36,459 nt of DNA from positions 1-36,459 of IMG/VR virus record IMGVR_UViG_3300007363_000050; one strand, written 5' to 3'. Below the pieces are notes generated by a model. That model was not told the DNA's origin, made no database searches, and saw only the letters and a list, made by a program, of their open reading frames with translations. A program made the position numbers and the translations under genes. Positions 35,137-36,459 of this stretch are shown here, in pieces; position 1 is the stretch's first letter, and each line of letters begins with the position of its first letter. This DNA comes from a virus. Taxonomy: Duplodnaviria; Caudoviricetes.

Positions 35137-36404
35137 AGCCACGACACGTGCCCCATGCCCACGCCGCCACGGGCCACGGGAGGCCATGCCTGATGAATCC
35201 AGTAGCCGAGCGCGTCGGAAATGTGGGTCAGCATCGGGTTGCTCCGTTTGTCAAGGTCACCCGCGTCAGTATAAACCACTTGCTCCAAGTCGCTGATGAG
35301 ATGCTCGCAGGACGGGTCCACGGTCAGCCGCGCCGCACCACTGGCTGTCTGGCACCGTGCGTTGACGGCCTCGACGCGGTCTTTCACGTGCGGGGCCACC
35401 TTGGGAATGTAGAAGCTGCCACCGCCGAACACCTCGCGCAGGACCGCATGGTCGGAGGGGCCAGTGGTCTTCCCCGCCCTTCCCGCCGGGTCGCCGTAGA
35501 CCTGCACAGCGCCGCGGTAGCCCGCCTCGGCCAGCAGGTCACGCGCACGAGATGCCGCCGCGCGTGTCGCCTCGCCCCCGGCACTCGTAATCCAGACTTC
35601 GCGCCAGACGCGGGCCTCGTCTCCGATGCGCTGGCAAATGAGCGCGGTCGCAGGCTGGATGTTGAAGTCGAACGTGACCGCCACGGGTGCCCCAGGCTCA
35701 AGCATCACGGGGCGCACGTGCTGGCCCCGCGCGAAGGCGTAGTAGGCGCGGCCTGACAGCGCCTCGAACGAGGCTTCAAATTCCTGCCGGAAGGCGCGCG
35801 CGTCCATCTGCTGGCGCATCTCTTCCAGCAATTCGCGCGGGATGTGCGGCGCATCGGCCGTGCGGAATTGCCACGACGCCCAGCTCGCCCACCGCTGGTC
35901 TGTGGACTGGCCCCGCGCGTAAAGCTGGTAGAGGTGGTTGAAGTGCTTTGGGGTGCCCGTGAAGAGCGCCGTGCCCCGCGTGGTCAGGAGCATCGGCTGC
36001 ACCACCTCTTCCCAGATAGCCAACCCATCGCGCCAGTCTTGAAACTCGTCCATGATGGCCTTCCGCAGGCCACGCCCACGCAGTCGGTCTGGATGCTCGG
36101 CCGACTTGCACGCCACGCGACAGCCCCAGTGCGTCCAGAGTTCCATGCGGCTTTCGTTGGGGTCACGCGCCAGCCAGTGCCGCGGCACAATGGCCCGCAG
36201 CGGTTCCCACATCAGGTCTCGCGCCATGTCGTAGGTGGGCGCGATATACCACAGCGTGCCCGGTGTGCCCATCTCGCGGAGCGTCTCGGCCTTGCACAGT
36301 TCCGTCTTGCCCCAGCGACGACCAGAGACCAAGACGCGGTAGGCGGCGTCAGAGTCGAAGACCTGCGCCTGCCCCGGATGCAGGCTGAGGTCAGCCGTCG
36401 CCAC
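35133..36404 (-). CDS. terL: Terminase large subunit
   Basis: GRRWGKT Walker A, YIAPT, LRG, IMDE Walker B, GTP, FRQEFEA, DFN, GDPAG, HISDALGY. Confidence 0.95.
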   Translation of the reverse strand: MATADLSLHPGQAQVFDSDAAYRVLVSGRRWGKTELCKAETLREMGTPGTLWYIAPTYDMARDLMWEPLRAIVPRHWLARDPNESRMELWTHWGCRVACKSAEHPDRLRGRGLRKAIMDEFQDWRDGLAIWEEVVQPMLLTTRGTALFTGTPKHFNHLYQLYARGQSTDQRWASWASWQFRTADAPHIPRELLEEMRQQMDARAFRQEFEASFEALSGRAYYAFARGQHVRPVMLEPGAPVAVTFDFNIQPATALICQRIGDEARVWREVWITSAGGEATRAAASRARDLLAEAGYRGAVQVYGDPAGRAGKTTGPSDHAVLREVFGGGSFYIPKVAPHVKDRVEAVNARCQTASGAARLTVDPSCEHLISDLEQVVYTDAGDLDKRSNPMLTHISDALGYWIHQAWPPVARGGVGMGHVSWL

Positions 36405-36459
36405 GGTCGATGCGGAGCGTGAAGACCGGCGCGTCGCCCAGGATTTCCTGCTTGTCCGG

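Noticed and set aside
36412-36459. 48-bp terminal repeat as a biological direct terminal repeat or att site
   Set aside because: It falls in the middle of terS and is most simply an assembly overlap from a circular or permuted genome

Overview
The window looks like the complete, circularly closed genome (about 36.4 kb) of a GC-rich tailed phage, probably a siphovirus. Bases 1-48 repeat at 36412-36459, and the small terminase ORF reads in frame through that junction. Essentially all real genes are on the minus strand. In transcription order: terS, terL, a small basic protein, an HNH-type nuclease, an HTH protein, portal, minor head protein, a split virion-morphogenesis gene, scaffold, major capsid, a 973-aa glycosyltransferase/methyltransferase/glycosyltransferase fusion, head-tail proteins, tail tube, tail chaperones, tape measure, tail tip and fibre, lysis genes, and a phosphoesterase/C39-like/dNMP kinase/DUF4406 cassette. 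These are followed by an early region (HTH, ERF, YqaJ exonuclease, SSB-like protein, replication initiator with internal repeats, many small ORFs) and a second, 1288-aa fibre gene just upstream of terS. I saw no integrase, CI-type repressor, polymerase, tRNA or CRISPR array. The most striking signal is a predicted ~79-nt small RNA (12978-13056, minus strand) with its own extended -10 promoter and terminator. Two of its loops are CCUCC and the third is CCGCCCAA. These are complementary, in the correct antiparallel order, to a bipartite motif (GGGCG-N15-17-CGGAGGRCAY-N0-1-ATG) in front of three of the phage's own genes, which suggests an antisense-RNA switch. Other notable signals are the capsid-adjacent GT-MTase-GT fusion, a +1 frameshift site in the tail chaperone, a highly structured leader upstream of the replication gene, and two genes flanked by duplicated gene ends. 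All calls are by eye; no database search or folding program was run.
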